Assembly (NCBI GenBank): GCA_964549935.1 | Contig: CAZJVT010000001.1 | Span: 27,922 to 91,921, forward strand | Origin: an uncultured Candidatus Saccharibacteria bacterium | Lineage (GTDB): Bacteria; Patescibacteriota; Minisyncoccia; UBA6257; 1-14-0-10-44-23 | Length of the DNA stretch: 64,000 nt | Direction of reading: 5' to 3' | Shown here: positions 48,726 through 57,837 of the stretch, in pieces | Layout: every line of letters begins with the position of its first letter | Numbering within the stretch: the first letter of the stretch is position 1 | Notes under the pieces: generated by a model | What the model saw: the letters and a program-made list of their open reading frames with translations, nothing else | Told to the model about the DNA's origin: nothing | Database searches by the model: none | Position numbers and translations under genes: made by a program

Positions 48726-49390
48726 CGTTTAAACTGTTTGACGACACCAAGAGGGAATCGCTGATTGGAGAGAGCATCTTCGGCGAGTTGGCGGGCAACC
48801 CAGTTGCGGAAAGCTCCATCCTGGATGAGCTTTTGCAATTCTTCACGGGAGACCCAGGCGAGCGAGACGGTTTCTTTGGTAGGGCGCTGGATTTGGTTAA
48901 CGTCTTTTAAGATGCCAGAGAAGTTAAAGCGCACGGTGATACGGTCTTTTTTGCGGTCGTTGCTGTTGTTTTTAGTACGGTAGTAATAAACACTGACGAC
49001 GTGCTTAAGTTCGGCCTCATAACCGGTTTCTTCGACGACCTCACGGCGGGCGGTCTGTTCGATCATTTCGTCCAGGTGTGCTTTACCGGAAGGGAAGTTA
49101 TAGGAGGCCTTGCCGTCAGTGAGCTCTTTGATGACTAAAAACTCGGTCTTCTGTCCCGGGCCGGTTTCGCCACTTTGCCCCGCCTTCTGGGCTGCACCTT
49201 GTCGCACAGATTCACCAGGCCCTACGGGCCTTGCTGAATCTGCTTGACTTCGGTTCGCCGCAGAATGCGAGTCAAATTGATCAAAAGCGCCCGAGGCAGA
49301 AGGCCGTTCGCGCTCCAAAACGACTCCGGCGCTGATGTTAACGACGTTGGCATGGGCTAAGATTGAGGCTTTGTCGGTTGCTCCGCGCAT
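48722..49390 (-). CDS. NUDIX hydrolase with an in-frame structured insertion
   Basis: FPSGKAHLDE...ARREVVEETGY; ATG 6 nt after TATACT; about 55 extra aa between the first two strands. Confidence 0.8.
   Translation of the reverse strand: MRGATDKASILAHANVVNISAGVVLERERPSASGAFDQFDSHSAANRSQADSARPVGPGESVRQGAAQKAGQSGETGPGQKTEFLVIKELTDGKASYNFPSGKAHLDEMIEQTARREVVEETGYEAELKHVVSVYYYRTKNNSNDRKKDRITVRFNFSGILKDVNQIQRPTKETVSLAWVSREELQKLIQDGAFRNWVARQLAEDALSNQRFPLGVVKQFKR
49144..49306. mobile_element. Palindromic element in frame within the NUDIX gene
   Basis: Imperfect 18-bp terminal IR (49144-49161/49289-49306) with internal hairpins CAGATTCA..TGAATCTG and TTGACT..AGTCAA. Confidence 0.6.
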
Positions 49391-49405
49391 ATGGTAAGTA
49401 TACAA

Positions 49406-49432
49406 GCAAAAAGCCCTTATGGGGCTTTTTGC
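49406..49432. terminator. Terminator downstream of rplT
   Basis: GCAAAAAGCCC-TTATG-GGGCTTTTTGC. Confidence 0.8.
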
Positions 49433-49439
49433 ATTTTAA

Positions 49440-49784
49440 CTATTTAACTTTGGCGATAATCTGGTTGAAGATTGCTGGCTGGTGCTCGGCGAGGTCAGCG
49501 AGAATCTTGCGGTCGAGCTTTACATTGGCCTTACTAAGCGCGTGGATGAGCTTGCTGTAGCTGATACCCTGTTCCTTAGAGGCGATACCTATTTTGGTGT
49601 TGTACAAAGCACGGAAGTCGCGCTTTTTCTCTTTGCGACCGGTGAAGGCGTTGGTCCAGGCGTGGAGAAGAGCTTCTTTGGCTGCGCGCTCTTTGTTTTT
49701 GCGGCCCCACTTAAAACCCTTGGTGTATTTAAGGATTTTTTTACGCTTCTGGGTTGCGCTTGAGCCTCGTTTTACGCGTGACAT
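49440..49784 (-). CDS. rplT: 50S ribosomal protein L20
   Basis: MSRVKRG, RKEKKRDFRAL, LDRKILADLA. Confidence 0.96.
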   Translation of the reverse strand: MSRVKRGSSATQKRKKILKYTKGFKWGRKNKERAAKEALLHAWTNAFTGRKEKKRDFRALYNTKIGIASKEQGISYSKLIHALSKANVKLDRKILADLAEHQPAIFNQIIAKVK

Positions 49785-49790
49785 AGTAGT

Positions 49791-50012
49791 TTAGTTAGCT
49801 TTGTTAGGGCGAGCTGCCTTGTTGAGGTGCAGCGTGCGGAACATTTCCTGGGTAATCAAACGGACGTCGGCTTTATGAATAACACCGTCGTGACCGATGC
49901 GGCGCTGCTGATTGGAACCCTTACGAGTACCATTGTGGCCCGATCCCATGTGACGGCGGACAATTTTGCCGTTTTTGGTGATTCGGAGGCGTTTTGTGAC
50001 TGACTTTTTCAT
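49791..50012 (-). CDS. rpmI: 50S ribosomal protein L35
   Basis: KKSVTKRLRITKNGKI...H; infC-rpmI-rplT order. Confidence 0.88.
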   Translation of the reverse strand: MKKSVTKRLRITKNGKIVRRHMGSGHNGTRKGSNQQRRIGHDGVIHKADVRLITQEMFRTLHLNKAARPNKAN

Positions 50013-50075
50013 ATGAAACGAATGGGTACTATTCTAGCAGAAGCGTAAAAAAAGCGCAAATGCTATGAGTAGCGG

Positions 50076-50588
50076 TTACTTTTTTGCGATTACAATCATC
50101 AGTCCGCCACGGCCGCCCGGGCCGATAGGACCCATCGGCTTGTAGGGGACGGTGATCATACCTAAAAACTCGTTGAGCTTGCCGCGCGCAAATTGCATGT
50201 TGCCTTTTTCGCGTCCGCGCAGCTGCATTAAAATTTCAACGGGGTGACCCTCACCGAGAAAGTCGACGATGCGGCCGATTTTCATTTGCAAGTCGTTTTT
50301 CTGTTCGCGCACACTGATTTGGATCTGCTTACTGCCACCAACTGCGCGTTGGGCGGCACGGCGCTTTTTTTCCATTTTCTCCTGCTGGTAGCGGAACTTG
50401 TCGTAGGCGATGATTTTGGTGATCGGCGGCACAGCCACTTCGTTGATAGCGACTAGGTCCATTCCTTTTTCCTTTGCAAGCTTGAGAGCGTCGCCGAGCT
50501 TCATTACGCCCAGATTTTCATCGAGTTCGTCAATGACGCGTACCTCCGGCGCGGTGATTTGGTGATTGATTTTGTGGGCGGGAATCAT
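50076..50588 (-). CDS. infC: Translation initiation factor IF-3
   Basis: INHQITAPEVRVI, DLVAI, YDKFRY, RGRE. Confidence 0.93.
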   Translation of the reverse strand: MIPAHKINHQITAPEVRVIDELDENLGVMKLGDALKLAKEKGMDLVAINEVAVPPITKIIAYDKFRYQQEKMEKKRRAAQRAVGGSKQIQISVREQKNDLQMKIGRIVDFLGEGHPVEILMQLRGREKGNMQFARGKLNEFLGMITVPYKPMGPIGPGGRGGLMIVIAKK

Positions 50589-50711
50589 TTAATGAAGAGT
50601 TTAGCAGGAAATTCGCCTTAAATCAATTGTTTGTGATAAAAAACAGAGAGCCGCCACACCGTAGTGTGAGCGCGTGGCGCTCTCCGGTGTAGCGGCGGTG
50701 TGCGAGAAGTG

Positions 50712-51176
50712 TCACACGGGGATCAGTCGCGCGATCATCCCGATGGTGACCGTGCCGGGTTGGATGACGCGGCAGGTGACACCGGCCCGCCAGTCGGGCC
50801 GCAGTGCCTTGAGCAAGCCAGGTACCTGTTCTTCCATCCGATCGCATGGCTTGGTCTCGCCGGTGATTTCGAGTACCACCCTAGACCCGATTTCGAGATG
50901 ACGACCGACGTGGGCCGGGCCGAAGGTGATGTTGCGCACCAGGAGATTGGCTCGGCGGGTCATCCAGCTCAGGTCGTGGTGGCCGATTTCTCGGCACGCC
51001 TGCTGCCAGCTCTCTTCCGAGAGGACAGTCACTTGGCGACTGGTCCTGAGGGTCCGGGCCCGATGATCACCTTCGAGGCCATGCGCATCGATGGCGACGC
51101 TGTTGAGCGCAATCATCGGGCCACGCTTCTCTCGGTGAGTTCCGATGCCGACCAGCGTCAGAGTTGCGATAGCCAT
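50712..51176 (-). CDS. MOSC-domain protein, GC-rich SD-led cassette
   Basis: GLEGD, RQVTVL, RRANLLV, LEITGETKPCDRM, RAGVTCRV; GAGGT SD; hairpin plus U tract downstream. Confidence 0.85.
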   Translation of the reverse strand: MAIATLTLVGIGTHREKRGPMIALNSVAIDAHGLEGDHRARTLRTSRQVTVLSEESWQQACREIGHHDLSWMTRRANLLVRNITFGPAHVGRHLEIGSRVVLEITGETKPCDRMEEQVPGLLKALRPDWRAGVTCRVIQPGTVTIGMIARLIPV

Positions 51177-51279
51177 GTGTAGACCTCGAGTATGTGACAT
51201 TGCTTGCGAGTCGCTTGTCGAAGCGGTCGCAGCTGTAAAGAGCATTTCGCAAAGCTCCTTGCAGCTGCGACCTATTTGA

Positions 51280-51607
51280 GGTGGAGTTGGGGATATCGAA
51301 ATCCCGTCCAAAAGTTTCTGCAATAACAGTCTACAAGCTTAGGATCGAAACAAGTTCGAAGCGAATGAACTCTAAGTTTTAGTGATGCGCGTAGAGTTCA
51401 ATCGGCGCATCCTTATTCCCAGATATAACACCAGTATTCCGACTATGGGAAGTTATCGGACTGATGGCTTACGCTAGGCGTAGGCTAAAGCAAAATTGCT
51501 CTGACGAGTAAAGTTGGCAGTTTATGATTTTTGGATCAGATTTACGAGTTAATCCTGCTCGGCTTGCATGTTATTACAAAGAACGATTGTCGAAGCCTGG
51601 CAACCCC
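51280..51607 (-). ncRNA. ssrA: tmRNA, tag peptide (A)ANFTRQSNFALAYA
   Basis: 5' GGGGTTG pairs with 3' CAACTCC-A (G3:U), TTCGAC near the 5' end, resume region AAACT-GCC AAC TTT...GCC TAG, adjacent to smpB. Confidence 0.93.
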
Positions 51608-51608
51608 G

Positions 51609-52070
51609 TTAGCGCTCACCGCGCATCTCCCGGACATCCGCTTTCTTTTTAAGAACTTCGCGTTTGTCCGACTTCTTGCGGCGGCGGGCGATACCGAACA
51701 ATATCTTAATTCGGCTGCCTTTATTATAAACTTTTATAGGCACTATTGTCAACTTTTGGTGCAGGCCGTCTAAAATCTTCTCAATCTCGTTTTTATGCAG
51801 CAGGAGCTGTCGAGGGCGGTTTTGGTCGTAATCGGGCTGATTAGCGGGCTGGTAGGGCGGGATATCGGCTCCTACGAGGTAGGCAGAGCCACCACGGACC
51901 AGGATTTGGCTGCCGGCAATCGTGATGCGGCCGTTTTGGATAGACTTAACTTCCGGTCCGAGCAGCGCTAAACCGGCCTCGAAGGTGTCCATCATCTCGA
52001 AGTCAAAATTGGCGCGGCGATTTTCCGCGAAGGTCCCGGTTTTGAGTTGCTTCTTTTCCATATCCTTCAT
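51609..52070 (-). CDS. smpB: SsrA-binding protein
   Basis: NRRANFDF, EAGLALLGPEVKS, LLLHKNEI, DKRE. Confidence 0.95.
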   Translation of the reverse strand: MKDMEKKQLKTGTFAENRRANFDFEMMDTFEAGLALLGPEVKSIQNGRITIAGSQILVRGGSAYLVGADIPPYQPANQPDYDQNRPRQLLLHKNEIEKILDGLHQKLTIVPIKVYNKGSRIKILFGIARRRKKSDKREVLKKKADVREMRGER

Positions 52071-52107
52071 ATTATACGTGGATACTATAAAACGCTATAC
52101 TTGATAC

Positions 52108-53814
52108 ATGCAGGAGTTACTCCAAAAGAAAATTGCTGAAACGCTTGGCGTGCCGCTTGAGCAGGTGAGTATCACCGTGCCGGAGATCGCCGAGTTCGGG
52201 CACTACTCGACTAACGTCGCGATGCGCTTAGCCAAAGATGCTAAAAAGCCGCCGCTTGTTTTAGCCGAGGAGTTTGCGCAAAAGCTGAAGGCTTCAGCTC
52301 CGGAGATGTTCGCAGATGTAAAAGCCGTGAAGCCGGGTTTTATTAATTTTTGGATTTCAGAAAAGTTTTTGCAGGAGCAGTTCGAAAAAACGCTTCACGC
52401 TTCACGCTCAACGCTACACGCGGGAGAGAAAGTCATCGTCGAGTACGCCTCGTGCAACATCGCTAAGCCGATGCACGTCGGCCATCTGCGTTCGACCATT
52501 ATCGGCGACGCCCTTGCGAATATTCACGCCTACCTGGGTTACGACGTTATCCGCTGGAACTACATCGGCGACTGGGGGACGCAGTTTGGAAAGTTAATAA
52601 CGGCTTACAAGCTCTGGGGTAAAAAAGAAGATATCGAAAAAGATCCGATTGGCGCAATGCTGGAGCTCTATGTCCGTGTCAGCGCAGAGGCGAAGGAGAA
52701 TCCTGCCTTAGACGAGCAGGCGCGAGCCGAGTTTAAAAAGCTGGAGGAGGGCGACGCCGAAAACCGCAAGCTGCTGGAGTGGTTTAAGGCCGAGTCGCTG
52801 GTTGCGTTTAACACACTCTTTGCCCGTCTGGGCGTGAAGTTTGATATTGAGTACGGAGAGGCGTTTTACGAAAAGGCCCTAGCCGGTGTTAATGCCGAAC
52901 TTGCAGAGAAGAAGCTTTCGGAGCAGAGCGAAGGAGCGGTCATCGTGAACTTAGACAAGTTTAAATTGCCGCCGGCGCTCGTCCAGAAAGGGGACGGAGC
53001 CAGTTTGTATCTCACGCGTGACATCGCCAATCTTGAGTATCGCTTAAAGGAATACAAGCCGGCCAAGATTTTACTCGTCGTCGCTAATCAGCAGGCACTT
53101 CACTTCGAACAGCTCTTTGCCGTCGCGCAGCTGCTTGGACTCACAGGCTCTGAATTGCAGCACGTGAAGTTTGGTATGGTGCTTGGCCCGGACGGTAAGA
53201 AGTTTGCGACTCGCGAAGGGAAGTTGATTAAGCTCGAGGAGCTGCTTGATGAGGTCACGGCGAAGGCGATGGCGGTTGTGTCGCGCAACAACGTGGAGAT
53301 GCCCGCTGATCAGGCCAAGGCTATCGCAGAGATGGTTGGCATCGGCGCGCTCAAATACAATGACTTAAAAGAAAATCGTAACTCGGACATCACTTTCAAC
53401 TGGGAGGCGATGCTGGATTTGCATGGCGACTCTGCACCGTATTTGCAGTATGCCGCGGTGCGGTTTATGAGTATCGTTAAAAAAGTTGAAGAAAAGTGGG
53501 GAGCATCTCAAGGCGGAAAGCAAGCAATTTGGTTTGAGTGGTTAGATGATGACCTAAAATTTGGGTTGATGAAAAAAATCCTGGATTTCAATGACGTCGT
53601 CGTGTTGAGCGCATCAACTTATTACACAAGTCATCTTGCGAAGTATCTGTTTGAGCTCGCGAAACTCGGTAATCAGTATTATGAGAAATACCGAATTCTT
53701 GAAGATCAAGAGCAGGGTCGTCGTGGAGGCCGAGTTGAGCTTCTTAGGTCAGTAGCCAAGACGATTGAAACCGGCTTGAACCTGTTGGGGATTAAGGTGC
53801 CGGAGCGGATTTGA
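52108..53814 (+). CDS. argS: Arginyl-tRNA synthetase
   Basis: FGHYSTN, PGFINF, NIAKPMHVGHLRS, GDWGTQFG, YLQYA, C-terminal PERI. Confidence 0.97.
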   Translation: MQELLQKKIAETLGVPLEQVSITVPEIAEFGHYSTNVAMRLAKDAKKPPLVLAEEFAQKLKASAPEMFADVKAVKPGFINFWISEKFLQEQFEKTLHASRSTLHAGEKVIVEYASCNIAKPMHVGHLRSTIIGDALANIHAYLGYDVIRWNYIGDWGTQFGKLITAYKLWGKKEDIEKDPIGAMLELYVRVSAEAKENPALDEQARAEFKKLEEGDAENRKLLEWFKAESLVAFNTLFARLGVKFDIEYGEAFYEKALAGVNAELAEKKLSEQSEGAVIVNLDKFKLPPALVQKGDGASLYLTRDIANLEYRLKEYKPAKILLVVANQQALHFEQLFAVAQLLGLTGSELQHVKFGMVLGPDGKKFATREGKLIKLEELLDEVTAKAMAVVSRNNVEMPADQAKAIAEMVGIGALKYNDLKENRNSDITFNWEAMLDLHGDSAPYLQYAAVRFMSIVKKVEEKWGASQGGKQAIWFEWLDDDLKFGLMKKILDFNDVVVLSASTYYTSHLAKYLFELAKLGNQYYEKYRILEDQEQGRRGGRVELLRSVAKTIETGLNLLGIKVPERI

Positions 53815-53932
53815 TTCCTGTTCGGTTTTTTGCTATAGTCTCTTTATATATAACGGTCACGCTGTCTGATATACAGCTAGCCGGCTACTCTTTGGAGATG
53901 CCGCCAGCTGATTGGGCGGCAATTTTATTTCT

Positions 53933-56900
53933 ATGTTAAAAAATCTAAAGGAGTTCAAGTTGCCGGAGATAGAGGAGCAGGTGCTTAAGTTTTGGCAGGA
54001 GCACTCGATTTTTAAGCAGACGCTCGCGAAGAATAAAGGTAAAAAGAAGTACGTTTTCTTTGAGGGCCCGCCGACGGCTAACGGTATGCCGGGCATCCAC
54101 CACCAGCTCGCGCGTAGTTTTAAGGACATCATGCCGCGCTTTAAGGCGATGCAGGGTTACGACGTGCCGCGTAAGGCCGGTTGGGACACGCACGGTCTGC
54201 CGGTGGAGCTGCAGGCCGAGAAGGAGCTTGGGTTTAAAGGTAAGCAGGATATCGAAAAGTTTGGTATCGCCGAGTTTAATGCAAAGTGTAAGGAGCTTGT
54301 TTGGAAGTACCGCAGCGAGTTTGAAGGGGCGACGAATCGCCTCGGTTTTTGGCTCGACCTCGAGCACCCGTACGTAACTTACGAAAACAGCTTCATCGAG
54401 TCACTTTGGTGGGTCTACGCCCGCATCAACAAGCAGGGCTACTTAAAGAAGATGCACAAGATCCTGCCGTGGTGCACCCGCTGCGGTACTGCCTTGTCCT
54501 CGCACGAGTTGGCGCAGGGTTATAAAGAGGTGGAAGACGCTTCGGTGTATGTGAAGTTTAAAGTAAAGAAGGGACAGAAAATAGGTTCGTTTAAAGCGGA
54601 CGACAAAACATACATCTTAAGCTGGACGACCACGCCGTGGACATTACCGGGCAACTTGGCGCTCGCGGTTGGGGAGAAGATCGAATACGGCGCCGTTGAG
54701 GTTTCCGGCGAGCTCTTGATTCTCGCATCCGCTCGTTTCCCTAGCGTATTTCCCGATCCGGCGCTCTACGTTCTACGCTCTACGCTTAACGGATCCGACC
54801 TCGTCGGTCTCGAGTACGCTTCGCTCTTTGACGTGAAGTCGCTTAAGAGTAAGAAGTCTTACCACGTCTACCCGGCTGATTTCGTTACGACGACGGACGG
54901 TACCGGCGTGGTGCACACCGCCGTCATGTACGGTGAAGATGACTACGCACTGGGCAAAAAGATCGGCCTGCCGCAACACCACACCGTCGCTGAAACCGGA
55001 CACTTTACCAAAGAGGTGAAAGGCCTCGCCGGGGCGTACGCAAAATCCAAGACGACTGAAGAAAAGATTTTCGAACACCTTAAGGCTAAAAACTTCCTGC
55101 TGCGCACGGAGCCTTACAAGCACGAGTACCCGCACTGTTGGCGCTGCGGTACGCCCGTACTTTACTACGCGCGTGACTCTTGGTTTATCGAGATGAGTAA
55201 GCTGCGCAGCCAGCTGCTTAAGAACAACGACACGATTAACTGGACACCGTCGCACATTAAAGAGGGGAGATTCGGTGAGTGGCTCCGCGAGGTTAAGGAC
55301 TGGTCCATTAGCCGTGACCGCTACTGGGGCACCCCGCTGCCTATCTGGCAGAGTAAGGACGGCAAGCAGACGATGGTTGTTTCGAGTTTGGCGGACTTTA
55401 AAAAGTACGGGCACCACAGCGGCAACCGTTACTTCGGCATGCGCCACGGAGAGGCGACGCACAATTTGGTTAAGAAAAACGCCGGCGGCAAAGAAACTGC
55501 CGCGCTCCGTTCAGAGCTAACACCGAAGGGGATTATGGAGGCGCAGGCAGCGGCAAAGGCACTGAAGAAAAACAAGATCGACGTCATCATTGCCTCGCCG
55601 TATTACCGCACGCAGCAAACAGCGGCAATCGTTGCCAAGGAACTCAAAAAGAAAGTTGTATACGACAAGCGTCTTGGCGAGATTAATACCGGCATCTTTA
55701 ACTGGCAATCAATGGAGGCTTACTACGCCTGGTTCCCTAATAAGAAAGATCGCTGGGCGACTGCTCCGGAGAAGGCTGAAAATTGGAATGCAGTTCGTGC
55801 TCGTGTCGTTGAGGCGATGCGGAGCTTCGACAAGAAGTATAAGAATAAAAACATTCTCATCATTAGCCATGGAGATCCGCTCTGGATTTTAGATGGAGCG
55901 ATGCGCGGCTTTGCCGACCATGAGTACGTCGAAGAGGCATTTTACCCGGAGATCGCGACTCCCTTTGAGCTCGAACCGCCAGTATTGCCGTTTGATGATG
56001 GAGGGAGGATGGACCTGCACCGGCCGTATGTCGACCGCATTGTTTTGCGCGATCCGAAGACGAAAAAAGAGCTGCACCGCGTTAAAGACGTCGGCGATGT
56101 TTGGTTTGACTCGGGCGCGATGCCGTATGCTTCGCACAACTTCCCGTTTGCCCAGGGAGTAAAGCGTGAGGACGCGCAGAACGACAAGGCGGTCGCCGAG
56201 GCCTTTAAAAAGATTGATTTTCCGGCGGATTATATCGCGGAAGGCGTAGACCAGACCCGCGGTTGGTTTTACACCCTGCTGGCTATCTCGACCACGCTCG
56301 GACTGCCGGCCGCTTACAAAAATGTCATCTCTGTCGGCATCATTGGCGACAAGAACGGGCAGAAGATGAGTAAGAGTAAAGGTAACATTGTCGATCCGAT
56401 GATGATTATGAATAAGTACGGCGCCGATGTGCTGCGTTGGTACTTCTACACGGTCAACGACGCCGGTGATGCGAAAAACTTCGACGAGGCCGACCTCGGC
56501 AAAGTTACGCGTCGCTTCGTCATGATTCTATATAACTCTTTCTTGTTCTGGAGCTCGTATGCAAAGGGAGGCACCGCTAAAGACGCTTACAAGTCCGAAA
56601 ACGTTTTGGACAAGTGGATTTTGGCGCGGCTGCACGAGGTCATCGCCGAGGTGACGCGCATGCTCAACCGTTACGAGATTGGCAAGGCGGCGCTCCTGAT
56701 TGAGCAGTTTACCGATGACATGAGCCGTTGGTACATCCGCCGCAGCCGCGACCGATTCCAGAGCAACGCCCGCGGGGGAGACAACGAGGCGGACTTCTTG
56801 TCGGGCAGCGCGACGCTCCACGAGGTCCTAATGCAGCTTTCCAAGCTCTTGGCGCCCTTTATGCCGTTTTTCAGCGACGCGCTGTATAAGTCACTTGGCG

Positions 56901-57463
56901 GGCAGCAGGATTCAGTACACCTAGAGGAGTTTCCGGTGGGCGACGCGACGGTGGCAAACGCCGATCTGATCAGCGGTATGGCCAAGGTGCGCGCCGCTGC
57001 AGGAGCTGCTTTAGCTGCTCGTACCGAAGTCGGTATTAAGGTCAGGCAGCCATTGCTCAGCTGGAAAATGAAAGACATTAGTTTGCAGGGGCAGGAGCAA
57101 CTTATAGCTATTCTAAAAGACGAAATCAACGTTAAAGAGATATTATTTGATTCTTCTCTTGCTGTGGACAATGAGCTCAACGCGACAATTACGCAGCAGC
57201 TTAAAGAGGAGGGCACTGTGCGTGAGTTAGTTCGTGCGATTCAAGGTCTGCGCGCGGAAGCCGGGTACGCGATGGGCGACAGCATTGTACTGATGCTTGC
57301 CGGCAGTCAGGAGTTTAGTGATCTTATCCAGCGCCACTCGGTGAACTTAAAAAAGTCAGTGAATGCTAAGACGATTGAATTAAAGAAAGGGGAGAAGGTG
57401 GACGTGCAGCTGGATACAAAAGTTGAGGAGTCTCCGGTTTGGATTGGTTTGCGGAAGATTTAA
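53933..57463 (+). CDS. ileS: Isoleucyl-tRNA synthetase (type 2) with an inserted histidine-phosphatase domain
   Basis: EGPPTANGMPGIHH, GWDTHGLP, WTTTPWTL, DWSISRDRYWGTP, EGVDQTRGWF, KMSKS; RHG domain at about 55421-55980. Confidence 0.95.
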   Translation: MLKNLKEFKLPEIEEQVLKFWQEHSIFKQTLAKNKGKKKYVFFEGPPTANGMPGIHHQLARSFKDIMPRFKAMQGYDVPRKAGWDTHGLPVELQAEKELGFKGKQDIEKFGIAEFNAKCKELVWKYRSEFEGATNRLGFWLDLEHPYVTYENSFIESLWWVYARINKQGYLKKMHKILPWCTRCGTALSSHELAQGYKEVEDASVYVKFKVKKGQKIGSFKADDKTYILSWTTTPWTLPGNLALAVGEKIEYGAVEVSGELLILASARFPSVFPDPALYVLRSTLNGSDLVGLEYASLFDVKSLKSKKSYHVYPADFVTTTDGTGVVHTAVMYGEDDYALGKKIGLPQHHTVAETGHFTKEVKGLAGAYAKSKTTEEKIFEHLKAKNFLLRTEPYKHEYPHCWRCGTPVLYYARDSWFIEMSKLRSQLLKNNDTINWTPSHIKEGRFGEWLREVKDWSISRDRYWGTPLPIWQSKDGKQTMVVSSLADFKKYGHHSGNRYFGMRHGEATHNLVKKNAGGKETAALRSELTPKGIMEAQAAAKALKKNKIDVIIASPYYRTQQTAAIVAKELKKKVVYDKRLGEINTGIFNWQSMEAYYAWFPNKKDRWATAPEKAENWNAVRARVVEAMRSFDKKYKNKNILIISHGDPLWILDGAMRGFADHEYVEEAFYPEIATPFELEPPVLPFDDGGRMDLHRPYVDRIVLRDPKTKKELHRVKDVGDVWFDSGAMPYASHNFPFAQGVKREDAQNDKAVAEAFKKIDFPADYIAEGVDQTRGWFYTLLAISTTLGLPAAYKNVISVGIIGDKNGQKMSKSKGNIVDPMMIMNKYGADVLRWYFYTVNDAGDAKNFDEADLGKVTRRFVMILYNSFLFWSSYAKGGTAKDAYKSENVLDKWILARLHEVIAEVTRMLNRYEIGKAALLIEQFTDDMSRWYIRRSRDRFQSNARGGDNEADFLSGSATLHEVLMQLSKLLAPFMPFFSDALYKSLGGQQDSVHLEEFPVGDATVANADLISGMAKVRAAAGAALAARTEVGIKVRQPLLSWKMKDISLQGQEQLIAILKDEINVKEILFDSSLAVDNELNATITQQLKEEGTVRELVRAIQGLRAEAGYAMGDSIVLMLAGSQEFSDLIQRHSVNLKKSVNAKTIELKKGEKVDVQLDTKVEESPVWIGLRKI

Positions 57464-57534
57464 AAAGGTGAGACCCCGGCCGGAGCCAGGGTCTCGTACC
57501 TCTGGTCGGCGCGGGGTCGGCGCTAGGGGAAGCC

Positions 57535-57717
57535 TTAGCCGCCCGGCTTCTTCTTCGGCGGGGGCGGAAGGGGTTCGAAGTACCGGTCCTTGTGCGGCGT
57601 CCCCGTGGGAGTCGTGGAGAGATCGCCGAGATCGAGCCCAGCCGTCTTGATCGGCTTCTTGCTCTCCGCAGGCCAGGGGACTCCTGCGCCGTCTTCGGGG
57701 GAATTCGTGTGACCCAT
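57535..57717 (-). CDS. Small GC-rich Pro/Lys-rich orphan (60 aa), SD-led cassette
   Basis: AGGAGG 9 nt before ATG, upstream TTGACA and 5' hairpin, downstream GAGACCC..GGGTCTC hairpin with U tract. Confidence 0.55.
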   Translation of the reverse strand: MGHTNSPEDGAGVPWPAESKKPIKTAGLDLGDLSTTPTGTPHKDRYFEPLPPPPKKKPGG

Positions 57718-57799
57718 GCTTCGATGCCTCCTGTCAGATTTGCTCCCTCCCCGAAACACTTCGGGGCACCAAAACAATTTGCCATAGCTATGCAAAATG

Positions 57800-57825
57800 T
57801 CAAACCCCGCAAAAGCGGGGTTTGA
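57800..57825. terminator. Terminator-like palindrome
   Basis: TCAAACCCCGC-AAAA-GCGGGGTTTGA downstream of the 57838-58839 gene. Confidence 0.7.
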
Positions 57826-57837
57826 AGTTGAGGTCAG

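Noticed and set aside
50620-51280. Genomic island integrated at tmRNA
   Set aside because: No duplicated tmRNA 3' end and no integrase found
51177-51323. N-terminal extension of the MOSC ORF
   Set aside because: Overlaps the tmRNA 3' end and hairpin; the SD-led ATG at 51176 is better
53830-53932. T-box riboswitch upstream of ileS
   Set aside because: Leader is short and has no GGTGGNACCGCG T-box sequence
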